Positions 16,431 through 26,421 of a stretch of DNA of 64,000 nucleotides are shown in pieces; the first letter of the stretch is position 1; every line of letters starts with the position of its first letter. Position numbers and translations under genes: made by a program. The DNA comes from Candidatus Latescibacterota bacterium (GTDB lineage: Bacteria; Latescibacterota; UBA2968; UBA8231): NCBI GenBank assembly GCA_965215195.1, contig CBDCDC010000002.1:1440001-1504000 (forward strand), read 5' to 3'. The notes under the pieces are model-generated. The model made no database searches. It was not told the DNA's origin and was given only the letters and a program-made list of their open reading frames with translations.

Positions 16431-18101
16431 CTAGCTCTTTCGCGTTTCTAAGTGCGCCGGCAGCGATCCAACGATGGCCTGCTCTGAGTCTCCGTCCCAA
16501 AAAAAATACAGCCGAAAACAGCGGCGCACGTCCCGAGTGCTCCCCTTCTTTAGGTGCCGGTCGAGCAGGCGCGGCTGACCGGCGTAGCGCACTTTGTACA
16601 TGTCGCCGTGCTCTCCGTACCGCGTACCGGCAAAGGTTTGCGTTTCCTCTATGTTCAGGTCCAAACAAGCCTGCTTAAAAGCACTTACCTTAGAAGAGCC
16701 GAATCGCCGCATGGGAACGTAGTAATCGCGGAGCAAAAGCAGTGCTTTGTACAGGAAGGTGGGATCCTCGTATTTGCTTTTTTTCGCGGCGTTTCTGGCG
16801 CGTGGGAGCACTTCGACAACCCCCGCAAGGTGCTTGTTGCACCATTGCTCAAAGCCGTTCAGGCCGGTTGGAATCTCCGGCTCTTTGGGACTTGACCCGC
16901 TCGCGAGTGCCTTTTCGAGCATCTCCACGCGGGCGCGTAAGTTTCGCGCGCGTTGAGTCGTAGTCTCGGCCTTGGCTAAAGCGATGTCGCGCTCTTGCTC
17001 TATGGACTTGAGAACCCCTTCAAAGGTCTCTTCTAGCTCTTCGCGCTCGGATTGGAGCTCGCCGATTTGATCCTCGGCGAGTGCGAGCCTGTCTGCTATG
17101 GACGCATTGGCCGCCTTGGCCCGCTCTATGCGACGCTGCGATGCCAGCCGCCGAATTTTGGCAAAGGACGGAGGATCGCCGTCGGAATCCGGCCGCTCAA
17201 CCGTATCCTTTAGCACTCGGTCGGCTAAAAATTCCGCGTACTCATCAGGGCCTCCGTCCCAATTCTGAATGCGGCGGGCCACTGCCAATGGGTGTTGATA
17301 CGGTTCATCTACCTTGGGATTAAAATTCGGTCGATAGTTTCTGACGGCTCGATTGAATACGGAAAACTCCTTCCCCAGCTCATCGGTCAAGCGAAAGGTG
17401 GCAGGTGCCGTGATGATCGCTACATGGGCAACGCCAAATATCCTACTGCATAAAACTTCAATCGGGCAAGCTGCGTCCTTGACGCATGTGGAGCCTGCCG
17501 GTAAGGACGCGACAATGACAGCCGCCCGGCGCTTTGAGTCCCGAATCAGGTCGCGTAGCGCCAGAACGTCGTCGAGTTCAGAAACGAGCCATGGAGTCGC
17601 GTTTAGCAAACGACCATCTAGCGAGCCTATGCCAATGTTGGCGATTTGCCGGACGAAATCGGGAATGGACCGCTCGATGGGGATATCGGGACCGCGCCTA
17701 GTGCATACAAGGCGTGCGCTGACGGCGACCTTTCTGTCGGCTAACCGCTGTAGCCCAACCTCTGTAACCCAAGTGAGTTGCGGAACGGACTTGTCGGCGT
17801 CGTCGAGCCGCGCCCCCCAAATTTTCGGGTCATCCAATAACGCGGCCGCGGCGTACTGCGCCCCAATTTTCTCGGTCTCAAAGGATTGCCCGCTCCAAGC
17901 CTCCTCGGGCAGCCGTTGTCCAACTCGGTTGGCTATCCATTGCAAGACTTTCTGTTGGGCCGTTGCAAAGGGGTCGCTTCCATCGCATGTATGGACCTCG
18001 ATGGAGACTTGGCTGATCGGCACTACAGACGAGTACTGCTCCTGCATTCTCTTCTGCACGGGCCGCAACTGATCTTCCAATGATGTGTTGTACGGACTCA
18101 T
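16431..18101 (-). CDS. hypothetical protein: N-terminal globular region, coiled coil, RelE-like C-terminal domain
   Basis: 556-aa lower-GC ORF ending HLKKG..RCFRLYFFWD...IVGSLPAHL. Confidence 0.7.
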   Translation of the reverse strand: MSPYNTSLEDQLRPVQKRMQEQYSSVVPISQVSIEVHTCDGSDPFATAQQKVLQWIANRVGQRLPEEAWSGQSFETEKIGAQYAAAALLDDPKIWGARLDDADKSVPQLTWVTEVGLQRLADRKVAVSARLVCTRRGPDIPIERSIPDFVRQIANIGIGSLDGRLLNATPWLVSELDDVLALRDLIRDSKRRAAVIVASLPAGSTCVKDAACPIEVLCSRIFGVAHVAIITAPATFRLTDELGKEFSVFNRAVRNYRPNFNPKVDEPYQHPLAVARRIQNWDGGPDEYAEFLADRVLKDTVERPDSDGDPPSFAKIRRLASQRRIERAKAANASIADRLALAEDQIGELQSEREELEETFEGVLKSIEQERDIALAKAETTTQRARNLRARVEMLEKALASGSSPKEPEIPTGLNGFEQWCNKHLAGVVEVLPRARNAAKKSKYEDPTFLYKALLLLRDYYVPMRRFGSSKVSAFKQACLDLNIEETQTFAGTRYGEHGDMYKVRYAGQPRLLDRHLKKGSTRDVRRCFRLYFFWDGDSEQAIVGSLPAHLETRKS

Positions 18102-18248
18102 CGAACCTGCTTTCCTCTTTCAAATTGGATCCGTCTTGGCTAGACAGGATTAGGCCGGCCAAAAACTTGATTCGCTTAGGTCTGTTCAGTACTATAACTA
18201 CTCAAAGGGGTCAAGTCATGTTCGCAGCCCTAAATGGAGGAGCTATCT

Positions 18249-18350
18249 GTGCCCACGCGTTTTACAGCCGTAATAACCAAGAGCGAAGATTTGCCTTTAT
18301 TTGTCGCCCGTTGTCCCCAAGTAGGCACGGTTAGCCAAGGAAAGACTGAA
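18249..18350 (+). pseudogene. HicB-family antitoxin N-terminal fragment
   Basis: RBS ggagg plus GTG; FTAVITKSE..FVARCPQVGTVSQGKTE, then similarity stops. Confidence 0.7.
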
Positions 18351-19485
18351 CCCCAGCCAACGCCTGTGCAAAGTCGGCGCACAAATCTTCGGCGGCCTCA
18401 ATGCCGCACGCCACTCGCACCAAGCCGTCAGTTATGCCCATGGCCGCCCGCTCCTGTCGACTCAAGCCGCTGTGCGACGTGGTGACTGGTCGAGTAATCA
18501 GGGTCTCGACCCCGCCCAGACTCGGGGCCGAAGCTGGTAGAACCAGCTTGGACAGCAATCGCTCGGCAGCCTCTACGCCCCCGTGCAGCTCAAAGCTCAA
18601 CACCCCGCCGGCCCCGGTAAACAGCCGCTGCGCCCGCTCGTATTGCGGATGGCTTTCCAGCCCCGGGTAGTTCACGCACGCCACTTGCGCCTGCTCGGCC
18701 AAAAAGCGCGCCAGCCGCCAGCCGTTCTCGTCGTGCTGACGCATTCTCAGCGACAAGGTCTTCAAGCCCCGTTGCAGCAAAAAGCAGGCGTGGGCATCCA
18801 GCGACCCACCGAGGTGATTGAGCTTGTGCGTAATGGCACTGATGCGGGCAGCCGAGCCGACGACCACCCCTGCGACGAGATCCGAATGGCCGTTGAGGTA
18901 CTTGGTCGCGCTGTGCAGCTCTAGGTCAAACCCGATCTCCAGCGGGCGGAAGTTGCACGGCGACGCAAAGGTATTGTCGATCAGGGACACTAGCCCATGC
19001 TCGCGGGCAAACGCCACTACCGCCTCTAAATCTGCCACCTCTAACAGCGGGTTGGTCATGGTCTCCACGTAGATCGCCCGCGTCTCGGGCCGGACCTTGG
19101 CCGCCCACGTCTCGGGCGCGTTGCCGGCGATAAAGTCGCAGCGCAGCCCTAAGCCCGGCGCATCCTGCGTCACAAAGCTGTGCGTGCCCCCGTAGAGACA
19201 GTCTTGGATCAGCAGGTGATCGCCGCTGTTGAGCACAGTCAGCAAGGCGGTGGTGATCGCCGCCATCCCCGAGCCGGTGACCAAGGCGTCCTCGCCGCCG
19301 CAGACAGCGGCTAGTTTGGCGTGCAAGGCGCGGTGATTGGGCGTGTTGTTGAGGCGGAGATAGCGGATATCGTCGTAGGACTGCTCGTCTTGCGAGACAA
19401 AAGTCGAGCTCTGGAAGATCGGCAGCACTACCGCGCCGTCAATGCGCTCCTCGCCGGCGTGGACGAGACGGGTCTGGATGTCCAT
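18331..19485 (-). CDS. cystathionine gamma-lyase/synthase family PLP enzyme
   Basis: SGMAAI, YGGT, DNTFASP, HSATKYLNGHSD, SLGGVETL. Confidence 0.92.
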   Translation of the reverse strand: MDIQTRLVHAGEERIDGAVVLPIFQSSTFVSQDEQSYDDIRYLRLNNTPNHRALHAKLAAVCGGEDALVTGSGMAAITTALLTVLNSGDHLLIQDCLYGGTHSFVTQDAPGLGLRCDFIAGNAPETWAAKVRPETRAIYVETMTNPLLEVADLEAVVAFAREHGLVSLIDNTFASPCNFRPLEIGFDLELHSATKYLNGHSDLVAGVVVGSAARISAITHKLNHLGGSLDAHACFLLQRGLKTLSLRMRQHDENGWRLARFLAEQAQVACVNYPGLESHPQYERAQRLFTGAGGVLSFELHGGVEAAERLLSKLVLPASAPSLGGVETLITRPVTTSHSGLSRQERAAMGITDGLVRVACGIEAAEDLCADFAQALAGVQSFLG

Positions 19486-19489
19486 GGAG

Positions 19490-21592
19490 TTAATGCGGGC
19501 AGCCCCTACATGGCGCAAATCGCTTTAGTAGCTGCTCGTACAGCCCGATGAAGTCCTGCCGCCCATTGTCGCGGTTGTACGCGTAACACATGGGGTTGGG
19601 ATTGATCTCGATAATGGAGAAGCCGGCCGCGCTGCGGATGAGGTCAATGGCGTAAAAACCGAGTGCATAAACTTGGGCTACCTGCGCCGTCAGCTCTTGC
19701 ATCTGGCGCAGCAGGGCCGCGTCCTCCACGCGCACGGCGCGCCCGGTGGGCTGGTGCAGCGGATTGAGATCCCCATCGGCGTCCACGGACTCGCTCTCCT
19801 TGCGATAGGCCAGCAACAGCTCGTCGCGACTGGCGACGATCCGATACTCCGGCCCGGCCACGTATTGCTGCACCAGCGCGATGTTGTCTAAAAAGGCGCT
19901 GTTTGCAAAGAGGGCTTCGAGCCGTTGACCCAAGGAGGCAGCGTTGCGCTCCAAGAACACGCCCTGCGCCAGCGAGCTGTGACACTTCTTGACCAACAGG
20001 GGGAACTCAAACCGCGCCACTACCTCTGCGACGATTTCCGCTACGGAAGCATGCGTCTTGTAGCGGTCGAAGCGCGCGTCGGCCAGCGGGTTGAAGAGCT
20101 TGAGCGTATCCGGGACTGGCAGGCCGGCCGCGGCGAAATCCTCGTATTGGTATGCCTTGTCTTCGGCGAGCCGGGCCTCGACGTAGTCGTTGAAGGGATG
20201 CTTGTTGCGCCAGAAGCGCAAGGGCCGCCGCCCGCCCGACAGCTTGAGCCGAGTGCCGTCGTCCGAAATCCACTCGCAGACCAGGCCCCGCCGCCGGCCC
20301 GCTTCGGCCACGCACGCCAGATTCTCCAGCGCCATGTCTTCGGTGATGCCGTCGCGCTCGCCGGGCAGGGCAAAAAACTCCCGCGCCCGCGCCACTAAGT
20401 GCAGGGACCCAGCCACGCAGACTCGACCTTTGCGCCCTGCCAGCGCCAGCGCGCGCTCGAGTGCTTGGCTGCTTGCCGGCACCTGCTCGACAGCTAGTCT
20501 GTCTGGTGCGAGGTGCGCCAGCACCGCTGGTGCCAGCGCCCGCGGATGGTGCGACGAAGTCAGCAAGACCCGCCGCGCCACCGGCGCTAGCGCACGCAAA
20601 ATCCCCGCGGCATCGTGCCCCGCTCCCGCGCCCACGACCAGCACCCAGTCCTCACTCAGCCGCTGTAACTCCCCGGCCAACGCCGCGGCCGCCGCTGGAT
20701 TGTGCGCCCCGTCGAGCAAGACCCGTGGCTTCTCTTGCGCCACTTCAAAGCGCCCCGGCCAGCGATGGGCCGCCACGACTTGGTGCGCTACCTCGCCTTC
20801 TAAGCCCCGGACAAGCCCCTGCGCGGCCTCAAGGGCCAGCCGCGCATTTTCCGCGTAGGTCGCTGGACGGCCCGTTAGCTGGCCCAAGTGCCACTCCGTT
20901 CCAGCAACCTGCAACTCCACTTCCCGCATTGCACAGGTCCGCCGGAGCAGGTCCATCACCTCCGGTGCCTGCTCCGCCGTAGTAATGAGCGCACGACCCG
21001 GCCGGGCGATGTGCAGCTTGTCGGCGGCGATTTCCCCCAAGGTATTGCCCAGCAGGTCCACGTGGTCTAGGCCGATGGCCGTCAGGACGGCCCGCTCCGA
21101 GTCCCAGGCGTTAGTCGCGTCGTAGCGGCCCCCAAGCCCTACCTCAAAAACCCCAAATTCCACGCCCTGCTGTGCGAAGAGATAGGCCGCAAGCCCGGTC
21201 AGGGCCTCGAACTTGCTAAACGAACCCAATGCCTCCCGGCCAAAGTCGCGGGTGCAATCGTCGAGGTGCGACACGGCTGCGGCCCATTGCTCCTTGCCGA
21301 GAATGTGGCCGTCAATGCGGATCCGCTCGCGCTGGGTGTGCAGGTGCGGCGAAGTGTACAGCCCGGCCTTGTGCCCGTGCGCCTTTAGGATGGCGGCGAG
21401 CAAGCTGGCGACCGTTCCCTTGCCATTGGTGCCGCCGACAATGACCGAGCGAAAGCGCGTCTGCGGGCGGCCGAGGCGGGTTAGCAGGGCGCGCATCCGC
21501 GGCAGGTAATCCGCGAGTGGCCCGGGCGCTGGACGGCCGACCTCCCAGTCGGGCAGGGCGTCCAAATAGCGTTTGGCGCGAAAGTAATCCAT
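19490..21592 (-). CDS. folC: folylpolyglutamate/dihydrofolate synthase fused to a C-terminal ATP-grasp domain
   Basis: GTNGKGT, YTSPHL, EVGLGGRYDATN, WPGRFE, DGAHNP, GSLHL; then DK..QY, FPLLVK, QQYV..PEYR, IDLI..IEINPNP. Confidence 0.85.
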   Translation of the reverse strand: MDYFRAKRYLDALPDWEVGRPAPGPLADYLPRMRALLTRLGRPQTRFRSVIVGGTNGKGTVASLLAAILKAHGHKAGLYTSPHLHTQRERIRIDGHILGKEQWAAAVSHLDDCTRDFGREALGSFSKFEALTGLAAYLFAQQGVEFGVFEVGLGGRYDATNAWDSERAVLTAIGLDHVDLLGNTLGEIAADKLHIARPGRALITTAEQAPEVMDLLRRTCAMREVELQVAGTEWHLGQLTGRPATYAENARLALEAAQGLVRGLEGEVAHQVVAAHRWPGRFEVAQEKPRVLLDGAHNPAAAAALAGELQRLSEDWVLVVGAGAGHDAAGILRALAPVARRVLLTSSHHPRALAPAVLAHLAPDRLAVEQVPASSQALERALALAGRKGRVCVAGSLHLVARAREFFALPGERDGITEDMALENLACVAEAGRRRGLVCEWISDDGTRLKLSGGRRPLRFWRNKHPFNDYVEARLAEDKAYQYEDFAAAGLPVPDTLKLFNPLADARFDRYKTHASVAEIVAEVVARFEFPLLVKKCHSSLAQGVFLERNAASLGQRLEALFANSAFLDNIALVQQYVAGPEYRIVASRDELLLAYRKESESVDADGDLNPLHQPTGRAVRVEDAALLRQMQELTAQVAQVYALGFYAIDLIRSAAGFSIIEINPNPMCYAYNRDNGRQDFIGLYEQLLKRFAPCRGCPH

Positions 21593-21610
21593 GTATGGGG
21601 AAGGGGTGGC

Positions 21611-22660
21611 TCAACCGCCGCGGGTGTGCATCTCGCGGTGCGGATCCGCCTGTAAGGCTTCGACCGGAAAGAGTGCGCCGCGCTGCGGGTCGCGGCTGCG
21701 CTCTTCGGCACTGCGGTCCGTCCGCCGCGCCCACCCAGCGCGAATGCGCCGCACGAGCCGCTCGCGGTCGGCTCCGGCGCGCAGCAAGGGCTTCAGGTCG
21801 GTGCCTTGGTGCGCGTACAGACATGTGTACCACAGTCCGTCAGCCGTCAGCCGACTGCGGTCGCAAGCCCCGCAAAACGGCTCGGTGACCGACGCAACAA
21901 TGCCAAAGCGCGTCCCATCGCCTAGGCGGAAACGCGCTGCCGGCGCTGAGCCGCGCTCGGCCTCGGGCTCGATCGGCCCGTAGTGGGCCGTTAGCCGCGC
22001 CAGCATTTCCGCCTGCGACACGACCTTTTGCATAGACCACTGGGTTGCGCCGCCTACGTCCATGTATTCGATGAAGCGAACTTCGGCCCCTAGCGCGCGC
22101 CCGAATTCGAGGAGATCCACGAGTTCGTCGTCGTTGAAATCGCGCATGACGACCACGTTGAGCTTGAGCGCGTCAAAGCCAGTGGCCGCGGCCGTGCGGA
22201 TCCCCTCCAGGGCCTTGGCGTGGGTGTTGCGGCGCGTCAAGGCCGCAAAGCGCACTGGATCTAGCGAGTCCAAGCTGACGGTGATCCGCTGCAAACCAGC
22301 GGCCCGCAACGGCTCTGCCCACCGCGCCAATCGCGTGGCGTTGGTGGTCATCGCCAAGTCCTCGACGAGGGGCAGTGCGGCAAGGCGGGCGACGAGTTCG
22401 GGCAGGTTGGCGCGCAACAGGGGCTCGCCGCCGGTCAGGCGGACGCTGCGGACTCCAACTTGGCAAAAGGCATCGACCACGCGCTCGAGCTCGGAGGCGT
22501 TGAGGATGTCTTTGCTGGGCAGCCAAGTATAGTGTTCTTCGGGCATGCAGTACTGGCAGCGCAGGTCGCAGCGGTCGATTACCGACATGCGCAGCGAGGC
22601 CAACGGGCGGCCCAAAAGGTCGCGCACCAACTCGGTTTTGGCGGGTGTTTCAAGGGCCAT
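21611..22660 (-). CDS. moaA: GTP 3',8-cyclase
   Basis: CDLRCQYC, LTGGEP, FCGACDRSRLTADG, C-terminal GG. Confidence 0.96.
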   Translation of the reverse strand: MALETPAKTELVRDLLGRPLASLRMSVIDRCDLRCQYCMPEEHYTWLPSKDILNASELERVVDAFCQVGVRSVRLTGGEPLLRANLPELVARLAALPLVEDLAMTTNATRLARWAEPLRAAGLQRITVSLDSLDPVRFAALTRRNTHAKALEGIRTAAATGFDALKLNVVVMRDFNDDELVDLLEFGRALGAEVRFIEYMDVGGATQWSMQKVVSQAEMLARLTAHYGPIEPEAERGSAPAARFRLGDGTRFGIVASVTEPFCGACDRSRLTADGLWYTCLYAHQGTDLKPLLRAGADRERLVRRIRAGWARRTDRSAEERSRDPQRGALFPVEALQADPHREMHTRGG

Positions 22661-22831
22661 ACAAAGGCATCCACAGACGGAGTTAAAGAGACTTGAGAAT
22701 ATAGAGAATCCCTAGCAGTGGGCAATGTCGAGCGAGGTTGGCGCGTTCTTGCGGTATAGAAGTCGGCGCGTGATATTAGCAGGACAACCACGAGGGTTCC
22801 GTAGGGGTCGTCCCGCAACGAGAGAGGTCTA

Positions 22832-23728
22832 ATGAGTGCCACTGCCGCGATCCAAGAGATGCTCGCCGAGCACGGGTATGTCGCCGATCGCCAAGTTGCC
22901 ATGTCTGTGTACCTCGCTCAGACCCTAGAGCGTCCCTTGCTCATCGAAGGACCGGCTGGCGTCGGCAAAACCGAGGTCGCCAAGGTCGTAGCCCGCGCCC
23001 TCGACACCGAGCTGATCCGCTTGCAGTGCTACGAAGGGCTAGACGCCCACGCCGCCCTGTACGAGTGGAACTACCAGCGCCAGCTCTTGCACATCAAGCT
23101 CGACGAGAAGAGCCAACGCCCCCTAGCCGAGCGCGAGGCCGACCTCTTCTCCGAGGACTTCCTGCTCAAGCGCCCCTTGCTGCAAGCCATCACCCAGCCC
23201 GTCCCGCCGGTGCTGCTGATCGACGAACTCGACCGGGCCGACGAGGAGTTTGAGAGCTTCCTCCTCGAAGTGCTGTCCGACTGGCAGATTACCGTGCCGG
23301 AAATCGGCACCATCCGCGCGGCCGCGCGGCCGCACGTAATCCTGACCAGCAATCGCACCCGCGAGCTTTCCGACGCCGTGCGCCGCCGCTGCTTCTACCT
23401 GTGGATCGACTACCCGGAATTTGCCAAGGAAGTGGAGATCGTGCGCGGCAAGGTCGCCGGGATCGACGTCCAGCTCGCCGAGCAGATCTGTCGCTTCATG
23501 GAAAAGATCCGCATGCAGCGCCTCGAAAAAATCCCCGGCGTCGCCGAAACCCTCGACTGGGCCAAGGCCCTCGTCGCCCTGCACCAGCACCACCTCAACC
23601 TCGAAGTCGTGGCGGACACTTTGGGCATTGTGTTCAAGGACCAACGCGACGTGGCGCAGGTTAAGCAATCGCTGGCCGAGTTCTTGGAAGGATTGGGAGT
23701 CCGCGCCAAGCTGGCTCCAGAGCGATGA
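22832..23728 (+). CDS. MoxR-family AAA+ ATPase (CoxD-like)
   Basis: EGPAGVGKT, RLQCYEGLD, LLIDELD, TSNRTRE. Confidence 0.92.
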   Translation: MSATAAIQEMLAEHGYVADRQVAMSVYLAQTLERPLLIEGPAGVGKTEVAKVVARALDTELIRLQCYEGLDAHAALYEWNYQRQLLHIKLDEKSQRPLAEREADLFSEDFLLKRPLLQAITQPVPPVLLIDELDRADEEFESFLLEVLSDWQITVPEIGTIRAAARPHVILTSNRTRELSDAVRRRCFYLWIDYPEFAKEVEIVRGKVAGIDVQLAEQICRFMEKIRMQRLEKIPGVAETLDWAKALVALHQHHLNLEVVADTLGIVFKDQRDVAQVKQSLAEFLEGLGVRAKLAPER

Positions 23729-24987
23729 ATCGCAAGATCGACGACATGGCCCTGCACGGCGCGTTGAGCGCGAATCTGGTCGGCTTCTGCCGCCTGCTGC
23801 GCGTCCAGCACTGCGGCCCGGCCTTGGGCGAGGAGCAAGACGCGCTCCGCGCCCTCGCAGCCATTGACCTGTCAGACCCGGAGGACTTTCGCCTAAGCCT
23901 GCGGACGACCTTGGCCAAGACGCCGGCCGAGCAGAAGCTCTTCGACGCGCTCTTCGACGCCTACTGGTCCATATGGGATCGCGCTGGCGAGCTGGGTCGG
24001 CCCCAGCCCGCGCCTGCGGCCCCGGCAAAGGCCAGTGCCAACCGCCCCGGCAAGAGCGCCGTGACGAGCATTCGCGACTGGCTCAAACAGGGCGAGCCGA
24101 CCCAAGAGGAGCGCGAGGCCGCTGGGTACAGCCCCATTGAAGTACATACAAAGCGCGACTTTAAGGACTTTAACGCCGAAGAGCTGGAGGAGATCGGGCG
24201 GTTGCTGCAAGCCATCGCCCGCGCACTCGCCACGCGCTTCAGCCGCCGCTATCGCCCGGTGCGCCCACCGGGTCGCCTCGACTTGCGGCGCACCCTCCGC
24301 GCCAGCCTGCGCCGCGGCGGCGAGCTGCTGGACCTTTCCTATTGCGGCCGCGCCCGCCAGAAGCCCAAGCTGGTCTTGCTGTGCGATGTCAGTAAGTCCA
24401 TGGACCTGTACAGCCGCTTCTTGATCCAGTTCATGTACGCCTTCCAAAACGCCTATCGCCGCATTGAGACGTTTGTGTTTGCGACCTCGTTACACCACGT
24501 CGCGCCCCTGCTGAGGGGCAACGACCTGAGCGCGGGGTTGGACGCGCTGGCCGCACAGGTGCCGGACTGGTCGGGCGGCACGCGCATTGGGGCCGCGCTG
24601 GCGACCTTCCTCCGCGAACGCGCCGCCCTCGTCGATCGCCAGACCGCGCTGCTGATCGTCAGCGACGGCTGGGACACCGGCGACATTGAGCTCCTCGAAG
24701 AAAGTATGCGCGCGTTGCAGCGCCGCAGCCGCTGCCTAATCTGGCTCAACCCCCTGTTGGGCAGCCCGGACTATCGGCCGGCCACGCGCGGCATGCAGGC
24801 CGCCTTGCCGTACATTGACCTCTTTGCCCCGGCCCACAATATCGACAGCCTCAAGGAGCTCGTCGGATACCTGATGACCCTGCGCGGCGCGACGGCCGCG
24901 CAGTACCTGCGCCGCCCTGAGCAGCCCCCTGCGCCGACGAGGCCTCGACCGGAGCGCAGCCGAAGGGCCGACTGGTATCAGCCGTGA
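23725..24987 (+). CDS. VWA domain protein (CoxE-like)
   Basis: DVSKSM, WSGGTRIG, SDGWD, WLNPL. Confidence 0.9.
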   Translation: MNRKIDDMALHGALSANLVGFCRLLRVQHCGPALGEEQDALRALAAIDLSDPEDFRLSLRTTLAKTPAEQKLFDALFDAYWSIWDRAGELGRPQPAPAAPAKASANRPGKSAVTSIRDWLKQGEPTQEEREAAGYSPIEVHTKRDFKDFNAEELEEIGRLLQAIARALATRFSRRYRPVRPPGRLDLRRTLRASLRRGGELLDLSYCGRARQKPKLVLLCDVSKSMDLYSRFLIQFMYAFQNAYRRIETFVFATSLHHVAPLLRGNDLSAGLDALAAQVPDWSGGTRIGAALATFLRERAALVDRQTALLIVSDGWDTGDIELLEESMRALQRRSRCLIWLNPLLGSPDYRPATRGMQAALPYIDLFAPAHNIDSLKELVGYLMTLRGATAAQYLRRPEQPPAPTRPRPERSRRADWYQP

Positions 24988-26129
24988 AAGACTTGCAAAC
25001 GATCCTCGGCCGCGCCCGCGTACTCGACGAGGCGGGTGTGCCCTATGTCTTGGCCACTGTGGTCCAGACCTCCGGCTCGGTCTATCGCGGCCCGGGCACC
25101 CGCATGCTCATCGAAGCCGACCTCCAGAGCTTGGGCACCATCAGCGGCGGCTGTCTCGAAGGCGATGTGCGCGAAAACGCGCAAGCCGTCTTTGCCGACG
25201 GCCAGCCGCGCCTCCTCCACTACGACGCCACCGCGGAAGACGACATCCTCTGGGGCACCGGTCTGGGCTGTAGCGGCACGATTGACGTGCTCTTAGAGCG
25301 CCTGCCCGACGGCCCCCTCCACTACCCAACCTTCTTGCACGGCTGCGCCTTGGAGAATCAGCACGGCGTCCTCGTCACGGTCTTTGCCACCGAGGGCGCA
25401 ACGAATGCCGCGCCGGGCCAACATCTGATCCTCGACGAGCGGGAAAACGCCCGCGACGACATCGCCGACTCGGAGCTGCGCGAGATCGCGCTCAACGCCG
25501 CTGGCGAGCTCCTCGCGACCCTCGACGACACTCCACTCCCCGTTGCCCCGGGCTGCACTCGCCACTGCGAGCTGACGCACGGCAAGGCCGCCCTTCTCAT
25601 CGAGCCTCTGCTGCCGCCCATTGCCCTGTACATCTTCGGCGCGGGGTACGACGCCGTGCCCCTCGCCCGGCTGGCCGGCGAGCTTGGCTGGCGCGTCACC
25701 GTCGCCGATCACCGGCCCGCCTACGCCCGCGCCGAGCACTTCCCTTGGGCTAGGCAAGTTCTCCTCGCCCAGCCTTTGCCCGAGGATCTTCAGTTCGACA
25801 ACCGCTCGTGCGCCGTCGTCATGAGCCACAACTACCTACAGGACCAAGCCTTGCTGCGGGGCTTGCTCAACGCTCCCCTCGCCTACTTGGGCGTCCTCGG
25901 CCCGCATCAGCGCACCCAGCGCCTGCTCGCCGATCTAAAAAAGGAAGGCATCGCACCCAGCCACGAGCAGGCCGCACACCTCTTCAGCCCCGTCGGCCTC
26001 GACATCGGTGCTGAAACGGCCGAGGAAATCGCCCTGTCCATTCTCGGCGAGATCCAAGCCGCGCTCACCGGCCGCAAGGGCGGCTCGCTCCGCGACCATC
26101 CGGGGCCGATTCACGACCGGCCGACCTGA
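24984..26129 (+). CDS. xdhC: XdhC/CoxF family molybdoenzyme maturation factor
   Basis: GTISGGCLE, GLGCSG, FGAGYDA, PVGLDIGAETAEEIA. Confidence 0.92.
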   Translation: MKDLQTILGRARVLDEAGVPYVLATVVQTSGSVYRGPGTRMLIEADLQSLGTISGGCLEGDVRENAQAVFADGQPRLLHYDATAEDDILWGTGLGCSGTIDVLLERLPDGPLHYPTFLHGCALENQHGVLVTVFATEGATNAAPGQHLILDERENARDDIADSELREIALNAAGELLATLDDTPLPVAPGCTRHCELTHGKAALLIEPLLPPIALYIFGAGYDAVPLARLAGELGWRVTVADHRPAYARAEHFPWARQVLLAQPLPEDLQFDNRSCAVVMSHNYLQDQALLRGLLNAPLAYLGVLGPHQRTQRLLADLKKEGIAPSHEQAAHLFSPVGLDIGAETAEEIALSILGEIQAALTGRKGGSLRDHPGPIHDRPT

Positions 26130-26310
26130 TGCGCCTGGCGACTAGGCTAACGCCAGATCCGCGAGTTCAGGGTACATCAATTCAATCTGTTGAGGTTGAA
26201 TGGCCGAATGAGCTCGTCTTCGATGTCGGATCGAGTTTCTCTAAAGGAAGGGGAATTTTGATTCTTGCGGGCGTAACCCGACGACCAACATAGAGTTAGA
26301 AGAATAATCC

Positions 26311-26411
26311 TTGTAAGTGGATCACCCCTGCCGTAGATTATATATAGATACTCGCCGGCAGCGTACTGTCGGCTCAAGGGCCGCTCTTCGGAGTGGCCCT
26401 TGCTTTTTTTT
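26311..26411 (+). other. promoter, short two-hairpin RNA and terminator upstream of an NYN remnant
   Basis: TTGTAA-17-TAGATT (26311-26339); hairpin gccggcag/ctgtcggc; caagggccgctc-ttcg-gagtggcccttg followed by T8. Confidence 0.55.
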
Positions 26412-26421
26412 GGGAATATCC

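Noticed and set aside
19490-21592. Cyanophycin synthetase
   Set aside because: The domain order is reversed and the Mur-like half has FolC-specific motifs.
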